From contig JAUCBJ010001307.1 in the NCBI GenBank assembly GCA_032718475.1, positions 1-64,000 on the forward strand: a DNA stretch of 64,000 bases, written 5' to 3'. A program made the translations under genes and the position numbers. A model generated the notes under the pieces. The model did no database searches. It was not told the origin of the DNA and was given only the letters and a program-made list of their open reading frames with translations. Positions 11,427-22,613 of the stretch are shown here, in pieces. Numbering within the stretch: the first letter of the stretch is position 1; the number at the start of each line of letters is the position of its first letter. Source of the DNA: Nemertoderma westbladi. Lineage: Eukaryota > Animalia > Xenacoelomorpha.

Positions 11427-13545
11427 GGGGTACAGAGCATGACCCAGCAGATGAGCTGCACAGCCAATGGTGGGTCATGTGCGCCAGAGTAGATATGGGT
11501 GATGGGCCTCATATCTGACTCCACTGCGACTACTACTACTAGGATCGGCATGCTGCATTGCAGCTGCATTTTTAAGAATGCTGTGCCGGCTTGTCAACAA
11601 AATTGCACCGCCACAACTCCCTATCACCCATGACATTTGCTAGATCATCTGCATCTTTAAGGCCAGTGTCCTTTAAGATGCGTCTCAAGAAAGTCATGGG
11701 CTGTCCACCATGCTTATTCACTCCATGAGGCTGCCAAAGTACAAGATTATGCACTGGCTGGTCCTCACGGCGAAAGCAATGTCCTGCAAAGCGGAGGCGA
11801 TTTTGTTCTAGTGTCAAGCTTGGGGAACCAATAAGACACCTCCAATGTTATATAGTGTCTGGTTGGAGATGTGTGCATTGTACTTGACACAATGAACCCG
11901 GCGTAGCATTCTTGTGAATGTGCCATCCAGAGATTTGGTGTCCTCAGCAGTTAGAGCCCAGCATGGACTCCCGTAGAGGAGTACTGGAACTACTGCTGCT
12001 CTAAATAATCGGACCTTGAGTTTCCGATTAATTCTCGGTGACTTCCAAATCCTGGAAAGCCTATTCAAGGCTGCCCATGCCTTTCCCTTACGTATTCGAA
12101 GGTCCTCACCTGACTTCCGGATCCATGATCCCAGGTAACAGAAGTCGTCCACATGCTCAAGCATACCATCCTTTGAGCTTATGCTCATCCGATCAGAGAC
12201 TTGCTGAGGACTTTCAAAGTTAACTGTCAGAATTTTGGTCTTTCTGGAGTTAATAAAAAGACCAACACTAGAAGCAGCATGTTCTAATGACCTGAAGAGC
12301 CGTTGGGCTCCCTCTAATGATTCTGAGAGTACTCCTAAGTCATCAGCAAAGTCTAGATCAGTTAGGTACTTGGCAGGATTTCCTCGACTTCTGGAGCCAG
12401 TAGGTGGAGTTATCATCACCCCATCATCATTATAATGATCTAAGGACATGCGTAGAACATAGTCAACCACAATAATGAACAAGAATGGTGCAAGTGTGTC
12501 TCCTTGGAGGACGCCCCATAACAATTCAAATGGTTCTGTGTCACCGTCAACAGTAGACACTAGACACACAGTAGACAGGGCCTCATATCTGACTCCACTG
12601 CGACACCCACCCTGTGGAATGGCAAACCAGGGTGTGGTATTTGCCCCGAGAGCTGACTCGGCAAAAAGCACCCCCCAATCCCCACTATGGATTAAATTAG
12701 TAATGCGGAGGTCCGGCCACTAGAGGCCAGTGGAATTACTGGACACAATCGGGCTCACAGGCATCAGTTATCTCCTGACCGGCTGCCTGTCTCACCCCCT
12801 ACTGGAGAGAGAGCAGTCAACAATTCTTTGAGTCCCTTTCCTGGTCACCTTTCTGGCCCACACCCTGGGTCACCAGGGAGGCCAGATTGTGAGGGGGAGA
12901 GGGATTCTGGAGTTGGAGGCTACTCTCATGTTCCACCCCGACCAACAAAGCCATTGGTGAATCTTAGGCAAGTCACTAGACTAGCCTCAGTAAACACCCA
13001 AACACTCGGGTCCCCAATGCGACAAGGTGAGCTGACTGCTCTGGCAGATAAGCTTTCTCTTAGCGCAGTGGGTGTTCAAGAGCACCAAATGCAGACTGGA
13101 TAGACTGATGAGGTTCTGATTAAGGACATGGGGGCGGTTGGCGCCTCGCCCTCGCGTCAGCAGATGATAGTGGCAATGCTGGTATTGGTCTACTGATGAA
13201 TCCAACTGCACATGCAGCATTGGACAAAATAGACCAAATCTCTAACCGCATCATCCGTTGCCACTTCTCATGTTCTGGAAGACTGGCTAAGAAGTTTCCT
13301 AAGGTGGTTCTGATTGTGTGCTACTCTAGTGTTGCCCCTGTAGAGGAGGTGGAAAATTTCTACCACAATCTACAAGCAGCTACTGATGGAGTGGATCAGC
13401 ATGCATTCTTAACATTCCTGGGAGACTTTAATGCAGGTCTGCATCAATCACCTACATCGCCCTGGGTCTATAGCAATAGTGTTAACCGAAATTCTATCCA
13501 TCTTCAGGATTTTATCTCTGGAAATGGATTGTTCTCGGCTGGACT
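11427..13545 (+). mobile_element. RTE family A 5' UTR and AP endonuclease, interrupted by an antisense insertion and truncated at ~13545
   Basis: LASVNTQTL...VGVQEH...AGIGLLM...LIVCYS...LGDFNA...NRNS APE motifs at ~12950-13545 with stop/frameshift; 5' end also present at 61008-61098. Confidence 0.8.
11531..12577 (-). mobile_element. 5'-truncated RTE family A copy (RT C-terminal half and 3' UTR)
   Basis: GVLQGDTLAPFLF, LDFADDL, FCYLGS, RLRFAGHCFR; (TAG)n tail; 27-bp TSD at 11504-11530 and 12578-12604. Confidence 0.93.
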
Positions 13546-16500
13546 GTTGTCGATGAGTGTTGCCATTCCCATCGCTTGTACTTCTAGCCCGCTCGATGGT
13601 TGTGAAACAGACTCCCTTGCTGTTAGGTGCGGTTCACCCGTCGGGCCTGTTGACTTTCCTTGCGTTGGATATATCATCGGGGGTAACGGTCCCCTCCATA
13701 TCTCCGTGTCACACGACTTATTAGGGTCTGAGGGGTTTGGGGTTCTTGTTCTTGGTTGAGTGTTATGCCGATACTGCAATGGGAGAATGTCACCCTGCCC
13801 CCCCCCCCCCCCCCCCCCCCACCTAACAGGGCCCATGCACCTAACGGCAATAGCTCCCCCCTCCCCTGGGTATATATTATATCCCTGCATGTTATAGTCA
13901 TACTGGTGAGCAGGTACCAGTATAGGCCTATCCACTTCTTGCCTACCGACCGGTATGTACGCCGCGACTTCCGGGTTTGATCCCATCGTCCGCGCTACCC
14001 TATCTCCTACACTATCTCTCCAAGCATGGCCTGCAGTAAAGCCTACAGTATGTCCTGCAGTCTACCTGTGTCCTTCCGGACCAAAGTTTAATCTTCTCGA
14101 ATATTCCAAGAAGTCCTCCCCGCGACTGCCATTCTCGATCGGCAGCTATGTTCCGACGGCAAGTTTCTCTTCGATCCCCTCTCCTGTCTTCATCCTCAAA
14201 CCGGTACATCATGTACCCTTCTCCCGGTGTATGGCATATCTCACCGGGTTGTGTTTCTCTGGGGCGACGGCAATCTCCCGGTGTACAACCCCACCGGCTC
14301 TCTGACTCCATCTCGACTACTGACGGTTCACTGTCCATCCTTCCTCTCCGGTTGCTTGTGGCAACGCTCCTTCGATTCTCCTCACTTCGTCTCGCTTCAG
14401 TGTAGTGTTCCTCCTCGTGAGATCTCGCTTCGACCTTCTCGGATAAACTCCACTGTTCTTCTTCAGTCTTCCGACTGGGCTCGACGTCTTCTCGCTCGCC
14501 CACTCACGGCGCCAACGTCTCTCTATGCCTGGTTGGACGGTCCTGGGGATATTCGCAATCCCCCTATTATTCTCTGTCGTCGGGTGCCACGGTTCACCCA
14601 ACTCACCGCGCGCATTATCCACCGACGCTTGTGGGACATTCTCTGCCCCCCCCCCCCCCCCCTCTCTCGCCACTAATCGCTTGTGGTGGGGTACCTGTAG
14701 CCCCCCCCCCCATCCTTCACCTCTTACTTCGCCCCTATACCCCCTTCTAGTCGATGCATTATCTCTACCCTCGCTGGGTTTATTCACCCCCACTTCTCCC
14801 TGTGCAACTGCGTGGCCTTGCAGGCTCTCATTGGGTTTATTCACCCCCGCTACTCCCTGTGCAACTGTGTGGCCTTGCAGGCTCTCGCTGGCCGGCTTGC
14901 TTGTTCCCCCTACGTTTGTATTAATTGCACCGTTATTAATTTCGCCCTTAATAACGCAATCATTACACTGTTGCTGATGATATTACTTTGATTAATTTCT
15001 TCGGGGTTGTATTATTATTACCTAAATTATTATTTAAATTATTTAAATTATTTTACTCGGAATTATTTATATTATTATTTAAATTATTTTGCACATTTAA
15101 ATTAGGATTATTGTTAACCGGGTAAAACATTATTTCCTGCAAGAAAGATTTGATTAGGGTTGTCTATTATGGTACTATTAATATTAACTCCCTCTAGCAT
15201 ATTATTATTACACCCCCCCCCCCCCCCCCCCCCACCCGTATGGTCACACCAGTCTTGGGTCTGTTGTCCGGTATTTGTAAGTAGGGTATTAACAAAGGTT
15301 TCCATTACCTGTGGTACTTCTAGCTCCTCGCACTCTTTACGCTCGTTCATCTCCCTTTCAATTCTCTGAGCCTCCCACACCTTGCGCTTGTTTTCCACTC
15401 TCGCCTCCCGCTCCTCGCGCTCTTTATGCTCATTCATCTCTCTCTCTCCTCCTGCTCCCTATAGTTTCTCGCCACCCTCTCCGCCCTCTCTTTACACTCT
15501 CACGCTAATTCTCTCTCCCTCTCTAACAACACAGTTCCCTCATCTAACTGCCTTTCCAGTTCCTTTTGATCCAGTGCCACAATTTCTAGTTGACAAACCA
15601 GATCATCTCTAACACCCTTCTTGCTTTCGCGGAGGATGTAGCAGACTTATCGCGACGGACTCACGTCGCCTCTCTGTCCTACTAATTTTCCCCCGTTTAC
15701 TGGGGTTGCTACTAACCGATGACACCGAATCCTCGGGGTTAACCTCGGATTCGCTGTCGTGCGGGTCCGCCCATCCCACTAACTTAAATCCCCTGGCATC
15801 CACTAAGTAAGGCCCTACGTACACTATGTCTGGTTCCATTACCTCGATCCGCCACAATTCAAACAGTTATGTGGCAACCGCCCTCGCTCTCTCACTCGCC
15901 AGTTCTCCCTGTCCAAAACGGACTAAGTAACGGAAATGTTTGTTAGACTCACCTAGCCTCTGGTATAGTTTAGGCTGGTCTACCTTTCTCCCCTCATTAG
16001 CGTCCTTTAGTAGCTTCTTTGTAGCATTGTATGCCCGTCGCAGCAATCACTCGTCCCGATGTCCTCCTCGTTGACTCTACTTTCCCTCCACGTCCGGCGT
16101 CGTACCGGTGACCCCACCGTCGCCGTTCCGGTGGGACGGCCATCGCCCTCGGCCTGTGGCTGGCCGGTGACTTTGGTACTCCAACCGCTGTCGTCATCTC
16201 GCATCGACTCGTCGTTGACTTTCCCTCCTCGTTGTTGTCGGCCGCCCTCCGCTTGGGTATTTGGATCGTCCCTCATTGGCAAATCCCGAGTGGCAGGCCG
16301 GTATCGTCTCATTGCGGCCTCTTGGATCGTTTGGTTGGTGTCGTCTGGGGTCCGCGGTGGCGTTCTTTCTCATTCCGATTCTCGGGGCGTCTGGTGTCCT
16401 TCAGTCATCTTTCTCGTTGTGGTCACAGCTGTCACAGTTGTCGGTAGTTTCTACTGTGACGGGATTGAGTTCAATGATCCCAACCGGGTTAGGTTGTACG

Positions 16501-17125
16501 TGTCACTTCGCTGCTGGGCTCCTGGACTATTATCTTTGGCCGAAGGCCATCGGGAAAATAACAGAGTTTGTGTTTCTCGTTGTTAATGTTCCAATGATAA
16601 TAGCACAGTATGTATAACAAATAATAGTAGAGATTGCAATACAGAATGATGACAGCAGTGCAGTATATGAAATGACAGTCGAAACTATTGCCGGTCCCTA
16701 ACTGTGTGATTAATGAACTGACCGGTAAATCAGTAATCAGGATAACTATATGATTGATACACATCTATTGATTTCACCTCTATCCTACTGTGGCCTTTGC
16801 TACCTAATGGATGCTCCATATCTTTCCCCACGTGCTCCCCTGCACGCTATTGGCTTATATACCAATTGTCACTTTGGCACTCCCTGTACCCCAGGTGTTA
16901 CCCCCTGATGCTAGCCTCGACTAGCTGGGTTCTCCCTCTGAGGTGGTTTGACCTCTCACCTCTCTCTGTGGCTTTAGGGCCTGTGTTGCCCCCCCCCCCC
17001 CCCCCCCCCGAGTTGGTTATGAGGCGAGATTAATTATTGGTAATCTCGCATCGCCAACTATATTGGTAAAATGCCACTGGTCCCATTTTCGGGTGGGTAA
17101 TGTAAGGGAATTGAATCCGCTTACA
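13546..17125 (-). mobile_element. Degenerate LTR-retroelement-like sequence: LTR-like 16455-17125 plus fragmented gag-like low-complexity ORFs
   Basis: TGT...ACA-bounded segment resembling the LTR at 33755-34295; minus-strand E/R-rich ORFs with a PEDSVSSV motif; no pol motifs seen. Confidence 0.45.
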
Positions 17126-20100
17126 ATATACTGGAGAAGATTAAATCGCTAGAAAAGCAACAGTCAGACTCCCAATTAGAAGAACACCGTAGAGATCTTG
17201 ACCAAGGAAGTTAGTTGTTATACATCCTCCGATGAGTTCAATAAATCATCGGATAAATCTCGAACCTCTAGAAGTGGAAGACGCTTGGAACGGGCTGAAC
17301 GTCATTGTCTTCCAGAACTGCTGCCTCAATATCATGCTGATTCCGTTAAAAACACTAACAATCTTAGAACTAACTCTCACAGTGATTTCTTCAGACCAAT
17401 AAACACCCCCCTCACGGTTCCAAACATTGTTCCCCGTATATTAATAAATCCCGCTAAGCCGAATGTAACATCTGTGGCTATGGTAACCCAAACCAAAATT
17501 ACACCCATTGGTATTTCGACAACTACAGTAGAAAGTAATCAGGCAGATAGTTTACAGCCTAAAACTTCTACAGTATATAGGGATAGAATAGTTACGCCTA
17601 CAGTACGCCCAAAACAGGCGCGACCAATCCCAATATTGGCTGATAGAATGTCCAGCACTACCTACGCCCACCCATTGAACACTCATACCCTGGGCCCAAG
17701 CCTGTCCCCCACCACAGACTCCTGTGAAGGACATTATGCCGCCTCCAGGCCGGTCGTGTCCGGATAAGTGGAGTCGGTGAGGGATAGCGGGCCCACCAGG
17801 TTAATGAACAAAGTCACCCGGGCGAATGAGGATTCCCTTTATAGGGAGAGATTGAATGTATCCTCATCAAATCTGCAAGCCATGCAGGAGGCAGTAAATA
17901 ATAAAATGAAACAATTAAATAATATCGATTTTGAATTAAATCGATTAAATAAACAACGAGAGATAGTGAGTGGACAAAATCAGCGAGCATTAGAAAAGCA
18001 GCAAGAGCAGCAGCAACAGCAGCAGCAACAACTACAGAAACATTTAAAGCAACTACACAATGAAGCCACCAACAACGAGCAATCACGGATTATACAACGC
18101 CGACATTTGCAGGAGTTGCAGGGTGAATCTGTGCAAGCCACCAAGGTTCTGGAGGAGCTGCACCAAAAAACCTCGAACAACGCTGGTGTCATCCGAAACG
18201 TGGACTCTCCTGAGTATCAGATCTTAAACAAAAGAGAGCCTCTAATATAAACGGCATTGAAGCTGAAAATATATCACACGCCCTCCTATCTCACCCAATG
18301 TTAGAAACCCTGAGTACAACACGGGTACACAAAATGACACAAAATAATAATAACTATTATAGACCCCCACAGACTAATGTAGGTCCCTGTGATAACTCTA
18401 CATTTAATACTATGTTTAATACTACTATAGCTCAGGATAGTTTAACCAGCCAATTAGCACGTACTGAAGCGCGTCAGGCAGTTAAGGTAGGTGAAATTAT
18501 TAAGTTTGATGGAAATGAGTTAAATGGCTTCCATTTAGAGAATATGTAAAAGACAGTATATTTAGTTCACCATTACCTAATAGTGAGAAATTGCGTTTTT
18601 TAATAGACTGTTTGGAAAGCTATCCGAAGAAATTAGCACAAAGATATATCGGGCATCCCCAGGGATTAGAAGAGCTATGGAAGCTGTTACATGATAGATA
18701 CGGAGATGAAGCTTCAATAGCCCAATATCTATATCAGAAGTTGGTCAATTGTAAACATGTAATCACAACAAAAATGATTGAGTTTGTTGACGAGATTAAG
18801 GAAATTGAGATTAGTAGAGTAGATTGGTTGGATAAACATGAATAATATGAATGAGATTATTACCCCGGTCATAGTTGGCATGATTTCCACAGCCCTACCT
18901 AAGGGTAGTGTATCCACACGATGGGACCGCAACGTACTAAACGCTAAACTTTGTGGTAAACCAGCTCTAAGCATGAAGGATTTCCTGGATTACCTCAATT
19001 ATGAATCCTCACTGCTGATGATTACCCAGTGTCGCGAGCGCAACGCTGGGTAGCATCCCGGAACTCGATAAAACCTCTTCAACTAAACGTCGGGAATGAG
19101 TTTACCAAACTGATCTATCTATGTGTGAAGATGAATCAGAAGAAAGTGAAAGTTCCTATCACATCTCAGACAACCCGAAACACATAACACAACAGCGAAA
19201 GGACCCGAGATCTCCATCACCTAGACACAAGGGTCAGTCTGATAGACCTTCTCGCGACCGAGCTCCCATTCAAACTGTGAAAACACAACAAATACATACA
19301 TAATATAGTAACCTATAATTCTGGAAGCTAGGCACATAGTAAAAACCATGTGGGACCAGAATCTTACATGGGATGAACCCCTTTCAGGTGGCTTGTTAAC
19401 AAACTGGTCCAGGTGGGAAAATGCCTTACCCGACGTTGAAAACTTTCGGGTACCTCGAGCATACTTTCGAAATGCTCTGCCATCACATACATATCAGTTG
19501 CATGTGTTTGGTGAGAGCAAGTGACAACGGTATTGGTATCATAGCTTATTATAGAGCTACAACACCCCAAGACACTCGGGTGTCCTTTGTTGCGTCCAAA
19601 TCCCTCATTAAGGGCAAGAACTTAACTGTCCCAAGGGCGGAATTAAAAGCCGCCCTATTCGCAACAATTGTCACCAAAAATATTCTTGAATTCTTGAATA
19701 TTCATGAAACTGATTTTAAAATCACTAGGACGGTTTTATGGACAGACGCAGCCATAGTGCTGGAGTATTTAACTAATACTGTTTGTGGATTCAGTGTGTA
19801 TATCACAAACAGAGTGTCCATGATCCTCAATCGCACCAAACTAGAACAATGGAGGTACATCCCTGGACCCCAAAATCCCACAGACATACCTTCTTGAGGT
19901 GCGACCCCCAATGACTTAATAAATTCGAAGTGTTGGTTAAATGGACCCGATTTCCTTTCCCAACCAGAGGATCAATGGCCTGCCCATATCACCCCAGAGG
20001 AAATGAGATAGGTTAAGGGTTTGGAAATCGTAAAACATAAAAATAGACCATCCAAGTCCAAGCTATTCAGACCCCTTGATATAGCAACCAACAATTACAT

Positions 20101-21720
20101 AAACAAATTAGACAGCCAAAATTCAGATCCTCTCCTGAGTATTCAACCCAGGGATGAAGCTGTCCCAGACAACCCTAAGATATTCCCCAATCAATCCGAC
20201 TTACCTAATGTTGATGTAGGTCAATCCCCACTAATAGTCCGAGCCATGAACCGCTATAGCTCGTGGGACAAAATATGTATGTAAGGCTATAACTATTCTG
20301 AAACAACTATTCCACTATAGGTATAATACTAATAATGTACTTGTAGTAGGCTTATCACCACATGAAGTTGATAAATCCAACCTACAATTATTGAGACTTT
20401 TGCAGAAGCTTGAGAAACCTGAGAAATATAATCAGCTTATTTTGACTCACCCTTTGACTCCATTGTCGGATAAATTCTCGAGTATCATGATAAATGGGTT
20501 AATTCGAGTTGGAGGCCGTCTCACCAACGCTCCTATCTCCAGGGATACCATGTTTCCGATATTGATATTCGATCACGAGATTCAAACCAAGTTGATACAG
20601 GACGTTCATTACTGACTCTATCACACCGGGAGAGAACACATATTGAGCGAGATCAGGACGTGTTATACTTAGTCCACCCTTAACCCTCTTAACATCCACC
20701 CTCTTAGCCAAATACTGCGGAACTGTATACCTTGTAAGAGGATCTATAGTAAGCCGATGACGCAATTGGAAGCAGCACTCCCGATGGAAAGAGTTGATTG
20801 CTACCAACCCCTGTTTACACACACAGGCGTGGATCTCTTTGGACCTTTTGAAGTCAAGCATGCCCGCTCGATAGTAAAACAGTGGTGTGTGATCTTTGTC
20901 TGCATGACCTTTTGAGCAGTCTATCTCGATATGGTCAACGACATGTCGATGAAAAGTTTCATCCTTTGCCTCCGGAGACAGATCGGCAGGTTCGGAACCA
21001 GCCGCACTATGAGGTCCGACCAGGGGACTAATTTCGTGGGCACCAACAACAAAATTTCCAAATTCATCACGGATTGGAACAATCACCAGCTCAAAGAACA
21101 CCGTAAAGTGTCGGCATCTACATGGACATTTAATGCCGCCGATGCGCCCTGGTGAGGCGGAAGTTGGGAATGGTTAATAAAAAGTACAAAGGTCATGTTC
21201 CATCACATCATCCCATATTAAGCTTATTTGACTGATGAATTACTCACAACTCTTCTGGAGGAGATATCAAGTTGCTTGAACAATAGACCCCTGCTCCCCA
21301 TCTCGTCAAGTCCACAAGCGATGGAACTCCTCACACCGTCCCATTTCTTACTAAGAAAACCAGTGACCATGCTGCCCAAATCCGATCCACAGGATGGTGA
21401 TGAACTATTGAGACATACTTGGCAAATGACGCAACTACTATCTTTGCAATTCGCTACACACTTCGAAAGATACTATTTACCCTCAGTCCAACTCAGGACC
21501 AAATGGTTTTCCAAAAAGGAAAATATATCCGTTGGCGACATAGTACTCCTAGTGGATCAAGACCAACCTAGAAAAAACTAGGAAATGGGCCATATAACAG
21601 AAATTCATACGTGAAACGATGACTTAGTATGCTCAGTCAAACTGGCTATTTGGAGAGCTAAACCCAAACCCAAGGAACACTATTTCAATTGACAAATCGG
21701 ATGCCGTTGTTTACTAGAAC
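17126..21720 (+). mobile_element. Decayed BEL/Pao LTR retrotransposon internal region (gag, RNase H, integrase; PR/RT missing)
   Basis: gag KFDG...EKLRFL...LHDRYG; Pao RNase H TVPRAEL, WTDAAIVL, NRV, WRYIPGPQNPTD; integrase RVGGRL, TGVDLFGPF, SDQGTNFVG, LNNRPL, LTPSHFL; many stops. Confidence 0.92.
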
Positions 21721-22613
21721 TGGCAACGGAACATTCCGGTAACTATGGGCAACAAAGGGTTAGGCCAAGCAAGCAGTCTGACCTACAAACTAGAGTAACA
21801 TCTTGTATTGAGGTTATGATTGAGTATGTAATTATTTATTAGCCATTTAAAAACGTAGGTATTAGTATTAGACTATGGTGTACAACGTAGCAATAAAACC
21901 TACTTATGTCAATTATACATTATATATTCTGGCCGCATATACAGCCAAATATTACAACCAAATTTAATATTGCTATAAATGTCCAAATAACTATTACAGT
22001 AGATACTAGTGTGAAATAAGTGTGAAAGTTGAGCATTCTAATCTCTATTTACCAACATGTCACGGAATAATTGGTTAAATAACAACGAAACAATGTATTT
22101 CCCTGGAAACTTACATATAGATGGATAGGTATATGGATATTCATGGATAGAACTTACATAACTGTGAATGCAACCGCTGAGTACAGCTTGCATTGCAGAA
22201 GCAAAACTGTTATCATGGATATACAAAAGCGTCTTTGAACCGTATTTGATATTAAATTACATTAAAGCATACAAATAACCACCAAATTAAGCTAAATAGT
22301 ATGGAAAACCGACAAATAGTATGAGTTTTAAGGTGTATGCAATTGTCCAACCCTTCACAGATGCGAGGATTATAGCAGACCATTATGGCTCCGGGCCAGT
22401 CCCCCGTCTCCCTGGCTTGATGAGAGTTTAACATATAGCCACGATATTTCGGTACCGCTGATAGTTGCAAACTCGATTCTTGCCACTAGGGATCGACCAG
22501 GGACTGCGTCGCGGCGTGTCTCGGCACCTTTTGGGGAGGTGACACCCACCTACCCCCTATATATATCTGTTTAATCTCGCATATGTCTCGATACATGAAG
22601 ACACCCCCTTCCG

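Noticed and set aside
12578-12671. N-terminus of the 285-aa minus-strand RT ORF as real protein
   Set aside because: It reads through the TSD into the antisense of the host 5' UTR; a junction artefact
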